From Pristiophorus japonicus (taxonomy: Eukaryota), in assembly GCF_044704955.1 (NCBI RefSeq), contig NC_091977.1, positions 14,198,001-14,262,000 of the forward strand: 64,000 bases of DNA, written 5' to 3'. A program made the position numbers and the translations under genes. Below the pieces are notes generated by a model, which was not told where the DNA came from, searched no databases, and saw nothing but the letters and a program-made list of their open reading frames with translations. The first letter of the stretch is position 1, and every line of letters starts with the position of its first letter. Of the stretch, positions 24,435 through 35,679 are shown piece by piece.

Positions 24435-27026
24435 TAGGTGGGAGGGGCATGGAGTGAGCAGGTGCTGCTGGGTGTTTGATTAATGCTGGGAGTTGGAGTG
24501 AGTTTGTAAAAAGTTGGTGGCGGGTTTTATGTTTTTTTCAGGTTATAGGGCCTTTTTGGCCCATAAACAGCAGCCACATGGCTACTAAGGGGTCCGGAGT
24601 ACCAGGCCTCTCAGCGGATAATGTTCCCAGGATGAATGTAATCAGGGGAGAAAATATTGGGGGTAGGGAGAATAAAAGGCCCAAAGATTTGGGCCGGGAC
24701 ACCAGCAGCTTTGGAAAAGAAAACATGGTGGTAGTTCAGTGTGAGGATAAAGAGCTTGGGATATTATCCAGGCCGTACATGAGGACTACGGCGAGGGAAG
24801 CTGCTTTGCCTGCCGACCAAAGCCAAATGTTGGGTTCGAGGTGACGGTCAGTGGCCGAGAGGAGGTGGAAAGATTTTTATTGAGTTTGAAGGTTGGTGAT
24901 AAGTTCGTGGATATATCTCTGCTGTATTGTGAAGAAGTGCTGGTCTCATTCTTAAAGCTGCCGGTGTATAGAAACATAGAAAATAGGTGCAGGAGTAGGC
25001 CATTCGGCCCTTCGAGCCTGCACCGCCATTCAATAAGTTCATGGCTGAACATGCAACTTCAGTACCCCATTCTTGCTTTCTCGCCATACCCCTTGATCCC
25101 CCGAGTAGTAAGGACTTCATCTAACTCCCTTTTGAATATATTTAGCGAATTGGCCTCAACAACTTTCTGTGGTAGAGAATTCCACAGGTTCACCACTCTC
25201 TGGGTGAAGCAGTTTCTCCTCATCTCGGTCCTAAATGGCTTACCCCTTATCCTTAGGCTTAGACAGTGACCCCTGGTTCTGGACTTCCCAAACATTGGGA
25301 ACATTCTTCCTGCATCTAACCTGTCTAAACGTGTCAGAATTTTAAACGTTTCTATGAGATCCCCTCTCATTCTTCTGCACTCCAATGAATACAAGCCCAG
25401 TTGATCCAGTCTTTCTTGATATGTCAGTCCCGCCATCCCGGGAATCAGTATGTTGAGAACGATGTGCTAATAAAAAAGTTGGAGTCATGGGGATATTAAA
25501 ATTTGCTCGGCAATAGAGATACTATCCAGGAAGCAGATGGAACCTGTTATGTAAAGGTGTGGTTCCCAGAGAGGGTGCAGTCATTACCCTACAGCATGAA
25601 ATTCGAGACAATGGAAGGAGTGCAGTACTTCCAGGTATTGCGTGATAACCAGGTGAAGGTTTGTTATTATTGTCTTGGCCACGACCATCTTGTAAGAAGC
25701 TGTCCAGACCAGTACGGTTATAACTGTGGCAAGTCTGGACACGTTGCTTGGAGCGGCAAGGCAGAGAGCTGTGCGGTTTGTCACCAATGCCCCACCCGCT
25801 GCGAGTGTGAGGCAGAAGAAAACCCCTTTGAGTGACGAGGAGATGGGAGAAGGAGCAAGAGGTGTGAGTGGAGTGGCCGGAGGACACAGCCAGCGAACGG
25901 AATGAGGAAAGAGCACAAGAAGATTACAGAGCAGAGAACAGGATGGCGATGGTGGAAAACATACCAAGTACAGTGGAGAAGGACAAAGGCAGCGGAGGGC
26001 AAGGGCAGATTCGAGACATAATATGGCTCGGCTCTCCCTAAAGAATTGGGTGTCCGTGGGGGGAGCAGGGCAAGTGTAAGTGCTCCAAAGAAAGAGTCGG
26101 ACAACTTGGGGAGCAGGAGGGGGAAAGACATGGAGAAGGTGCATGAGGCTGGAGTCTTAAAAGAACGGGAGCAGGGAGACAAAGATGCCAAAAGAGAGCA
26201 ATATAGATGAAGACGCGCCATTGTCCCAGAGAGAGAAGAAACGGGGAGCAAGGGTCAGCAGTGGAGATGAGGCCGAAGGCAGTAAAATTTTGTTGATGAA
26301 ACTACAACAACAGGAAGACCCTCTAAGGGAGATTACGTAGTTGACGGGAAGCAGGCAGATTACAGAAGAGCTCGGGAGTGAGGAGTCAGAGGGGGATGGA
26401 GTCATGGAAGTGGGGGGTGGGGGAGTGGAGGGGCATCACGTGGAAAGGGAAAGATTAGTGAGGGGCAGAAGGAGGGAAAAATGGCAGCTTCTCGGCCTAA
26501 ACCTAATGTAAGGAAGAGGCGGAAACGGCAGGGAAGGTTCAAACAGGAGGTGAAAGAGAGCCGGAGGCTGCAGGAGAAAGCAACAGCTGTCCGAAAAGTT
26601 GGGTAGGAGCATGAGGAGGGAAGAGCCGGAGATTAAATGATTGGGGTGGGGGTGGGATTATCAGGCACACTTCCTTTATTCGCAGCCATGATTACATTGG
26701 TCTCGATTAATGTGAACGGACTGCGGGGGAAGAGGAGATTGCAGCAGTTGTTGCAGTGTTTTAAAGGCAATGGCCTGTTGTGTCTGCAAGAAACTTTTTG
26801 GGGTGAGGAGATCCTAGAAAAAGAGTTCTGAAGGTTTTTGTTATGATCAATTTTTAAAGTACAATAGAATAATATGTTACGTGAGACAAATTAAACTTCA
26901 GGTTTTGATAATGTGCGTTGGAGGTACGACTGTGCGGAGTGGCAGGAAGGATTTGTATGATACAAAGGAATTATCACAATGTTGTAAATGTTTTTAAATG
27001 TTGAATAAATTATATATTTTAAAAAC
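24435..27026 (+). mobile_element. Tx1/L1-clade non-LTR retrotransposon with degenerate gag-like ORF1 and internally deleted ORF2
   Basis: ORF1 pieces: ...EVTVSGREEVERFLLSLKVGDKFVDISLLYCEEVLVSFLKLPVY|VENDVLIKKLESWG...ADGTCYVKVWFPERVQSLPYSMKFETMEGVQYFQVLRDNQVKVCYYCLGHDHLVRSC (CCHC knuckles). ORF2 start MITLVSINVNGLRG...CLQETFW (APE endonuclease) at 26688-26831. AATAAA at 27004 plus A-rich end. Flanked by direct repeat GTGGGTAGCACT (24420-24431 and 27027-27038). Confidence 0.8.
24970..25447 (-). mobile_element. CR1 LINE 3' fragment nested in Tx1 ORF1
   Basis: LYSLE-RRMRGDLIETFKI...FFTQRVVNLWNSLP with a (TTTCTATG)n tail. Removing it rejoins the ORF1 reading LPVY-VEND. Confidence 0.9.
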
Positions 27027-27679
27027 GTGGGTAGCACTTGCGCCTTTGAGTCAGAAGATTGTGGTACACAGTCCCACTTCAGACACCAGAGTGCAAAACC
27101 TAGGCTGACACTCCAGTGCAGTACTGAGGGAGTGTCAACCAGACAAAATTCTGGTCATCGCCACATTGCTGTTTGTGGGCTTTCTGTGCGAGAATTAGAT
27201 GTCAAGCGTTCAAATGTACTTCATTAGATGTAAAGCGTTTTGGGACATCTGGTGGTCGTTAAAGGCACTATAGAAATGCGGAAGTCTTCATTTTTGGCAT
27301 AAATTCAGGCCCGTTGTTGCTGTAAACAAATAAAAGATTTCCCACCTTTATAGCACTGTGTTCCCTTGAATTGCTGACAAACTGGTGTTTGTAAGTTGGG
27401 GCAAGGAAGTACCAGAGCTGTGTAATTATTAGCAAAGAACGTTAACAGAAGTGTGTCAGTACCTCTGAGAGGGGCGGGGGCTCTCAGTGTGTCAATATTT
27501 GCAGGGAAGTGACGGTCGTGGGTGGGAGGGAAAATTCCAGGTATGGAGTGGGTGAAAGGGATATTATTTCACCCAGGAGCATGTCATGATTCTCATGAGG
27601 GAAAGGAGGGAGGGGGTAACAAGCCCCTGGAAGCGTCTCAATAATTATAGATAACTGGAAGCAGCCTACCCGGTAATAT

Positions 27680-28110
27680 TTTTTTCCCTCCTCATTCACG
27701 GGATGTGGGGGTCATGGGAAAAGCCAGCATTTTTTGTCCATCCCTAAATAAAGTGGTGGTGAACCATCTTCTTGTACCTCTGCAGTCCATGAGGGGTTTT
27801 CCTCGTGGCTTGATACAACTGAGTGGCCATTTTCAGAGGGCAGTTAAGAGTCAACCAGTGGGTCTGGAGTCACATACAGGCCAGACCAGGTAAGGGCAGC
27901 AGATTTCCTTCCCCAAAAAGGACATTAGTGAACCAGTTGGGTTTTTACGACAATTTCATGGTCACCATTCCTCATACTAACTTTTTTTAAATTCCAGATT
28001 TATTTAATTAACTGAATTTAAATACCCCAGCTGCCGTGGTTGGGATCTGAACTCACGTCTCCAGGCCTCTGGATTACTAGTCCAGTAACATTTCCATTAT
28101 GCAACCGTAC
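27680..28110 (-). mobile_element. tRNA-derived SINE (second family, tail shared with the second-lineage LINE)
   Basis: Reverse complement of the 62108-62462 family (ctggactagtaatccag head, ggttcactaatgtcc body, LINE-type tail). Confidence 0.75.
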
Positions 28111-28245
28111 CCTTATAATATTCAAAAGCCATGGTCTTATGCCCAAATCGAACATTGCAGTTTCCACCGCGGCAGATGTTCATTTTAAAGTTTAAACACG
28201 GCCATAAAACAAGAGCACAGACCAAATGATGTAAAAAAAAAATGC

Positions 28246-28251
28246 TTTATT
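28246..28251 (-). terminator. Candidate polyadenylation signal (AATAAA) of the MXD gene
   Basis: tttatt on +, with downstream U/GU-rich elements on -. Confidence 0.55.
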
Positions 28252-29379
28252 ATATTACAATGAATGAATGATACAACACATTACCTTCAGTGTGCTACAG
28301 GTGGTAGCCAGCACCATGTATGTGTGAATTTATATTATACATCTTAGGAGCTTATATAAAGCATTCTATACTGAGAGAAAGCTCCTCAACAATACATATT
28401 CACAAGTCTCTGACACAGAACCCATCCAGTGTACCTCGAGCCATTCACAAAGCCCCCCTCCTCCTCCCTCCTTGACCCTGCAACTCACCATCCCCAACTG
28501 CCCACCAAGAATAAAGTGAATCTGTTCAACAGAAACTGCAGTTGCTGAAGCTTCCGATACAGAGTTACTCGCCAGCGCCACGGGGAGTTTTCAATCTCTT
28601 TTCCCAATCCAGAAGGCGGAGAGGATTTTCTCCATTACAACAATTCACACACAAATCACAAACTGGGCAATTCCCAAGTTTAATCCTCGAGGCTGGATGG
28701 AAATAAGTGGTCCTTTCCACCTTCGAAAAAGGAAACTTTTTTTTTTTAAAAACAAGCCAGTGATTGTGGAACAAAAAAAAAGATTTAATACTGCAGCAAT
28801 ATTCCCCTTCTTGAAAGGCCTAGTAACGATCAATGGGCTCAGTTATCAGAGTAGGCCAATGTTATTCTTCATAAAAAGATACAAGACCAATTATCTAAAT
28901 GCTTTGCAATAATCAATTGTACAAATCGATGGAACACAGTTTTGGTCTGTTGGAGACCTTATTTAAAATATAAAGTCTACATTTCCCGCCAAACCCTCCC
29001 TCCCACCAGCGAAAAGAAAAAAAATGCTTAACTGCTGAACCTAAAGTTTCCTATTTTACGTTTAAAAGATAATGCGCAAGTCATCAGCCCACCTTCCAGC
29101 CCGACACGTCCTTGGATCACTGCGGAACGACGCCTAGTCTGGTGAATGGGTTGCCTCAAGTTGACCAGTAAATACCTAGAACCAATACACGCCAACATCG
29201 AGTGGCTGTGTGTGTGTAGGTGGTTATACGTGTGTGTGTGTGTGGGTAGGTGGTTATACACGTGAGTGTGTGTGTGTGTAGGTGGTTGTATGTGTGTAGT
29301 GGTGTGTAGGTGTAGGTGGTTATACGTGTGTGTGTGTGTGTGTGTAGGTGGTTATAAGTGTGTGTGTGTGCAGGTGGTT

Positions 29380-29524
29380 NNNNNNNNNNNNNNNNNNNNN
29401 NNNNNNNNNNNNNNNNNNNNNNNNNNNNNNNNNNNNNNNNNNNNNNNNNNNNNNNNNNNNNNNNNNNNNNNNNNNNNNNNNNNNNNNNNNNNNNNNNNNN
29501 NNNNNNNNNNNNNNNNNNNNNNNN
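29380..29524. other. Assembly gap (145 N) adjacent to a TG-rich tandem repeat (29205-29379)
   Basis: Run of N preceded by (tg)n/ggtggttata repeats. Confidence 0.99.
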
Positions 29525-29871
29525 AGAGCAGGTGCGTGTGTGGGGAAGGATCAGTTTTAACTCTACAAGTATCACTCACATCCCCGCTGTGAACCCGAGG
29601 AATAGATGGTTTGGATTCAGGTGGTCAAGAGTTATTGGAAGACATCAGTAGAGTTGGACCTTGTTGGGACCATCTTCAGCACTCAGCTCGATTCCAATAT
29701 GGAATTTCTTCCACATAGTTGGGGGGTCAACTTTGAGCGACAAAGTTCTAAGTTAGTTTTGTACATCATCACTCCCACTTCCACTCCACCCCAATAACTA
29801 AAGAAGAAATATTTGGCTCACAGACTATTTCAATCAGGCGGATAGCTCCCAAAGAGCATAATTGCACCAGC

Positions 29872-30200
29872 AACTCCACCATAGCGCGAGCACTCACTCC
29901 GCTTCAACCTTGTCAGAGAGAGACACCACTGGTCCTTCACTACACATGGAGGTAAATCTCACCCACCTCCCCCCCCCCCCCCCCAACTCCACCATAGGGC
30001 GAGCACTCACTCCGCTTCAACCTTGTCAGAGAGAGACACCACTGCTCCTTCACTACACATGGAGGTAAATCTCACCCACCTCCCCCCCCCACCTCCACCA
30101 TAGGGCGAGCACTCACTCCGCTTCAACCTTGTCAGAGAGAGACACCACTGCTCCTTCACTACACATGGAGGTAAATCTCACCCACCTCCCCCCCCACAAC
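29872..30200. repeat. Three near-identical tandem copies of a ~110-bp unit ending in poly-C
   Basis: ctccaccatagggcgagcactcactccgcttcaaccttgtcagagagagacaccactgctccttcactacacatggaggtaaatctcacccacctcccc repeated three times. Confidence 0.95.
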
Positions 30201-33200
30201 TCCAAGCAGATATTTACAGAGTGGTACCTACATAGCCTAGAGGTAAAAACGATTGGGAACGTGGGGGGGGTAAAAGGAAACATTGAAACATTTTGATGTG
30301 ATGAAAAGTCTTGCATCCCGTTCCACAGCACGGGCCCTGTAATCACTAATAGACGTGCCTGGATTCCTCGGGGAAGGATAAAATCCTCGCAAGGTTTTCA
30401 GGCCACACTTGTGCTCCGCAGCAGTGCAAAGTTAAGTGCTCAGTAGCCGCACAGACTGGGCGCTTCTTGCTCAGATCGAGCCACCCCATCTGCTCAAATC
30501 CAAAAAGCCTGGGGTCTGAATTTCTGCCGACTCACCTCCTGTGGCCGGGGGAAAAAAACCCAGGACCCAATGCTGGTCAGAACACACGGAAACCATTTAC
30601 TGCTGCACGCCCAACCTTCCCCACCCCTCAAAGTCTGGTCCAGCAGGCACGGCACACCATGGAGCTACACACACACACACGACGCTCCAATTCCCTCCGA
30701 AATATAATGTGCCGCTGTGCAAGAGCAGGGCACTGCCGTGCATGTACAACAGAGGCCCAATACGAGGAGGAAAGCACAGCACACAGGGAACAGAGCGGGG
30801 GATACACGAGTCAGCGCGAATGTGGCAGGCTTTGAACCAACTTCACTACGCCTCCCCCACACCCAGGTTCAAAGAGCAGCACTAGGACTAGCTCAGAGTG
30901 TCTGGGACCCCGCATCAATCACAGAAACAGGAGCCGGCCATTCAGCCCCTCGATTAATATCATGACCGATCGACTCCACCTACCCGTCTTTGCTCCATAA
31001 TCCCTCGATATCCTTACCCGACAAAGATCTGAGCAATCACAGGTCTTGAAAATTCCATGCTGAGCCAGCCTCCATTAGGAACTAGCTTCGGATCGTTCTA
31101 GCAAAGGACCAGCACAGGCCCCGAGATGGGGCAAACAGCCTCCTGCTGCCATTGGCCATTCTGGGACCCAAGTCACAAAACAGTCCTGTGACTAGGGTAT
31201 TAACTCGTCGACACACAAGTGCTGCCAGGATACAGGGTCTAAGCCAACAACGCTGAGTGAGGCTTCAGAGCATCAAACCTACCCTGAGCGAGGGAGAGAG
31301 CTTTAAAGAAAAAGACGAAAAATCACAACATAAAAAGTCAACTCGACCCAATCTCTCTCACCTCCCAACACTTGATCCAGGAATGTAGAGCTGGGAGCAT
31401 GTCGGCTTTGCAATCTCTCGATTATTGCAGGGAGGGGAGGTGAGCAAAAGACCACAAACTCAGGGCAGGAGGGCAAAACAGCTAGTAGCTCCCCAAGTCT
31501 CGTTGGACAAGATGCACGCACGCGCCCCCACTGATGAATCCCACAGGACCATTACTGAACCAGGCCCCCCCCCTCGCTGGTTAGAAAGTTTTAAGTTGAG
31601 CCGGGCGTTAAAAAGGCCTGGGCAGCACACTGCCGCTGAATATTGACTTCAAGAAATCAAATCCCGCTGATTCGGTACTCAAAAGACATTTGGTTAGAAT
31701 TCATTTTTAAATGCCCGAGGGAAAACACCATGTGAAAGGGGACTAAAACACACACGCATGCACGCACAACACTCGGAGAGCTGTCTGCAACGCTTGCTGC
31801 ATGGCAGTCACCTTTCACTCCGTTCATGCCATGGGAGGTTCTGTGTGAGAGTTCCCACTTTTAGTAAACGGCTTTTCCTTTTTTTTTTGATCTCAGTGTT
31901 CCGTCGCCCAGGAAACCAACAGACGGGACTGGAAATATCGCTTCGAAGTTTGATCCTATTGTTAACAGTCGCGAGTGCGCATCGATGATAAAAGTAAAAT
32001 CTCTATTGCTTTCATGATTTGGAAATTGGCATCGATAAGAGAGTGAACAAAAAAAAATTAGATTTAACTTTAAAAAAAACTGCTGGAAATTCTGCAGTGC
32101 GTCAATCAAATAGCATGTTCAGTTGTTACTGAGCTAAATCCCGAGTAATGAGGCTGTTTAATAGTGTGATTTTCTTCATTACTGGGACCAGCAATAAGAT
32201 ATAATAGATATATATATATATATTTTTTTTTAAGATTTTGTTTTTAAATTCAGCTGCCATGTTCTAACCTTTGACCTGTCCCCACCAGGAGGGAAGGGGA
32301 ATGGGGAGGGGGGTCACAGCCGGAGCAAGGTCGAGTGATCGCCAACCCCTGCAGGCCGCCCTGCTTGGTGCGTGCGGAATCAGTCGGGGTTTTTTTTTTT
32401 AAAAAAGAGTGCAAACAAGGACAAGAGCTGCCGTGAAGATCTTCTCATCATATCCCGCTTTCGAGAGGCAAGGGAAGGACGCGAGTGCCCATAATCGGAG
32501 GGCAACAGGGTTTCCGAGAAATAGTCACCAAGGCACAATATGACAATGGCAGAGAGTCCCCCGAGACTCCTGTCTGGGTCCTGTACCATTTATAGCCTCT
32601 CCCTCCCTCCCTCCCTCCCCCGCCCACCCTCCCTCCCTCCCAACCCAACAAGCATGGTTTAGATAACATTTAGGAAAATATAATACAAAATTTTGATACA
32701 GGAAATCTGAGACTACACTGGCTAAAATTACATGACTATTATTTTTGTAATTTTTTTTTGTCGGTCATTTTTTTTTCTTCAAAGAGACCTCTCTCTCTCG
32801 AGACGTGTAATTAAAAGATTGGTCAGTTTGTCTAGGAAGCCATGCTCTAATGACTAAAACCAAGCAGACAGTGAAAACAAACACGGCTTCAGTATCGCTA
32901 ACATCTCAATAGAAGCGGTCTAAATGACACCGGATAACGAGCGCTCCGCGCCGGCTGTAGGGTCGCGGAATCAAGCGGAAGCAGAAGTTGAGTATTTCTT
33001 TTCTTGCTCAATGCGCCGCCTGGCGCAGATTCTTCGATTTTAAAATGTTCCCGTATAACACGATCGACTCTTGCGGATTAACAAGGAGACAACAAAAGCA
33101 CTGCCTGTAGCCTTAAATCGGAATATTGTCTAGTTAGTTACTTAATAAAAACGTCCTACCTCGGGAAAGGCAGATGTCCGATACGCGACAGGAGACACGC

Positions 33201-33691
33201 GAGCGAGTGCTCCTCTGGGAGCGGGGGCGGCCCCGTTGCGAACGGTCTCCGGTTAATGAACCGACAGGAGGCAAAACAGCGCAGACACCGCCAGCAACGC
33301 CGCCTTCCGTCGTGTGCTCGGCACAACTTTTACCGTGGAGCCCCCACGATTGGAACCAGACAAATAAAATTAACAGAAGAAAATCAACACTCTACTTGTA
33401 AGGCTAATCATTAGAGCTGGCTTTTCCCCTCCTTCTCCCGCCCACCCCTTATTATTGCAAATACCATCCCACGTTTCTTTGCAGCCTTCAACCAAAATCA
33501 CATTGTCGGGGTGGAAGTGGGGGTGGAGTTTGCAAAGAACTGCGAGAGGGTGACAGCAATGCGAGAGTTCTTGTATTTGGGGTGTACGTGAAAGAATGGC
33601 AGTTAACATCTCAGGGAAAAAAAAAAAGAAAATTTAGGTTTCTAAGTGCCCTGCGTTGACATGTGGTCCTCTGCTGGTACTGAAGCAGCCA

Positions 33692-33846
33692 CTACGAGAG
33701 CCTCGGCGTGATTGTGCGAGAATCTGCATAGCCACTGTCACTGGAACTGCTCCGGAAACTGTAGTGGTCATCAACGTCACTGGCACTGCCAACACTGTCC
33801 AGCTCACCGGGGACAAACTCCATGCCTTCGATGTCAACATCGGCTT
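33692..33846 (-). CDS. MXD4: MXD family gene, last coding exon EADVDIEGMEFVPGELDSVGSASDVDDHYSFRSSSSDSGYADSRTITPRLS*
   Basis: Acceptor cttgtacag at 33847-33848, phase 1, TAG at 33692-33694. Closely resembles the recalled MXD4 C-terminus VDIEGMEFGPGELDSVGSSSDADDHYS. Confidence 0.93.
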
Positions 33847-34134
33847 CTGTACAAGAGCAAAGGGAAAAGTTACAGTAATGGACACACGTGGGACAGACTC
33901 CCATGCACAGCACATGGCTGATGAACCAATCTCAAAAATGTGGTTGGGAACCAGATTAAACGGTTATACGGGGGATTGGTACTAGACTGAATGCGATGAC
34001 AGACATCCCAAGTTGGTGTGTTCCTGTGCCCGTAGATCAGTCAGGAATGGACATACCTTCTGCGAAGGGCAACCTGATCGAAAGTTGTGGAGATGTGAGG
34101 ATAGGAACAGGAGGAGGCCATTCAGCCCCTCGAT

Positions 34135-34650
34135 TAGGACGTTCTTGCTATTGAGGGAGTACAGCGAAGGTTCACCAGACTGATTCCCGGGATGGCGGGA
34201 CTGACATATGAGGAGAGATCAACTGGGCCTGTATTCACTGGAGTTTAGAAGGATGAGAGGAGACCTCATAGAAACATATAAGATTCTGACGGGACGGGAC
34301 AGGTTAGATGCGGGAAGAATGTTCCCAATGTTGGGGAAGTCCAGAACCGGGGACACACAGTCTAAGGATAAGGGGTAAGCCATTTAGGACTGAGATGAGG
34401 AGAAACTTCTTCACTCAGAGAGTTGTTAATCTGTGGAATTCCCTGCCGCAGAGAGTTGTTGATGCTAGTTCGTGGATATAGTCAAGAGGGAGTTAGATAT
34501 GGCCCTTACGGCTAAAGGGATCAAGGGGTATGGATAGAAAGCAGGAAAGAGGTACTGAGGTGAATGATCAGCCATGATCTTATTGAATGGCGGTGCAGGC
34601 TCGAAGGGCCAGATGGCCTACTCCTGCACCTATTTTCTATGTTTCTATGA
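34135..34650 (+). mobile_element. CR1 LINE 3' fragment in MXD last intron
   Basis: ORF2 C-terminus and tttctatg tail. Confidence 0.9.
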
Positions 34651-34989
34651 TTAGATCACAGCTGATCTGTATCTTAACTCCCATTTACCCACCTTGGTTC
34701 CATGTCCCCTAATACCCCTACCTAACAAAAATCTATCAATCTCAGGACTGCTCGACTAAAGGTTTGGTGTGGTTTGGGTGGGAGTCGAGTATATGTGCCC
34801 GACTTCTCAGCAGTTTAGACAGACGGATGGACTAGAGCTCGGAGTACGTAGGCTGTGGAAGGAGTGGGTTTGGATTGTTCCTTGCCACGTACTCGGACAC
34901 CATTATTCAGGCATCATGACCCTGCAGTCTGGAAAACTCTAGTTCTTCCTACATCTCCCCTCCAAATTGCTCTCTATGACTCCGTCTTC

Positions 34990-35355
34990 TGGGCACAATG
35001 CCAGCATGGGTTTGGTTAATGGGCACGTCAACACGGGTTTGGTTAATGGGCACAATGCCAGCATGGGTTTGGTTAATGGGCACAATGCCAGCATGGGTTT
35101 GGTTAATGGGCACAATGCCAGCATGGGTTTGGTTAATGAGCACGTCAACACGGGTTTGGTTAATGGGCACAATGCCAGCACGGGTTTGGTTAATGGGCAC
35201 AATGCCAGCACGGGTTTGGTTAATGGGCACAATGCCAGCATGGGTTTGGTTAATGGGCACGTCAACACGGGTTTGGTTAATGGGCACAATGCCAGCATGG
35301 GTTTGGTTAATGGGCACAATGTCAGCACGGGTTTGGTTAATGGGCACAATGCCGA
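34990..35355. repeat. Minisatellite with 30-bp and 27-bp variant units (ggtttggttaatgggcacaatgccagcatg / ggtttggttaatgggcacgtcaacacg)
   Basis: About 12 tandem units in the MXD last intron. Confidence 0.95.
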
Positions 35356-35575
35356 CAGAGGAGTGGACAAGGGAAAGTATTTGCATTATTTCCTGTCCAA
35401 TCCCATCAGGATGATTCAAGAGCAAGAATGTACCGAAGAGTAGAAGGGAAAACGGCCATGTATTGCACTGCTCTCGCTGTTCAGTATGGGAGCAGCAGGA
35501 GGGAGGTGGTGAAGGGAGCAAGGAGGAGATTACAACAAACAATATAATGTCAACCGTACGGTCACGGCAGGACAC

Positions 35576-35617
<42 letters not shown>

Positions 35618-35679
35618 CGCTATAACATTAAACATACAGCATTATGAGGGAGCAGGCAGACTGGTAACTCACTGGAGAG

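Larger units (their letters stand above)
28230..33691 (-). other. Probable long (~5.4 kb) 3' UTR of the MXD gene
   Basis: TE-poor stretch contiguous with the stop codon. AATAAA on - at 28246-28251, followed by a U-run and GU-rich element (tttggtctgtgctcttgttttatgg); SINE sequence begins at ~28110. Contains an assembly gap. Confidence 0.6.

Noticed and set aside
34939-35635. Long repetitive ORFs on both strands (e.g. GLVNGHNASM repeats, 228 aa)
   Set aside because: They arise because the 30- and 27-bp minisatellite units are multiples of three. They lie in an MXD intron with no supporting gene structure.
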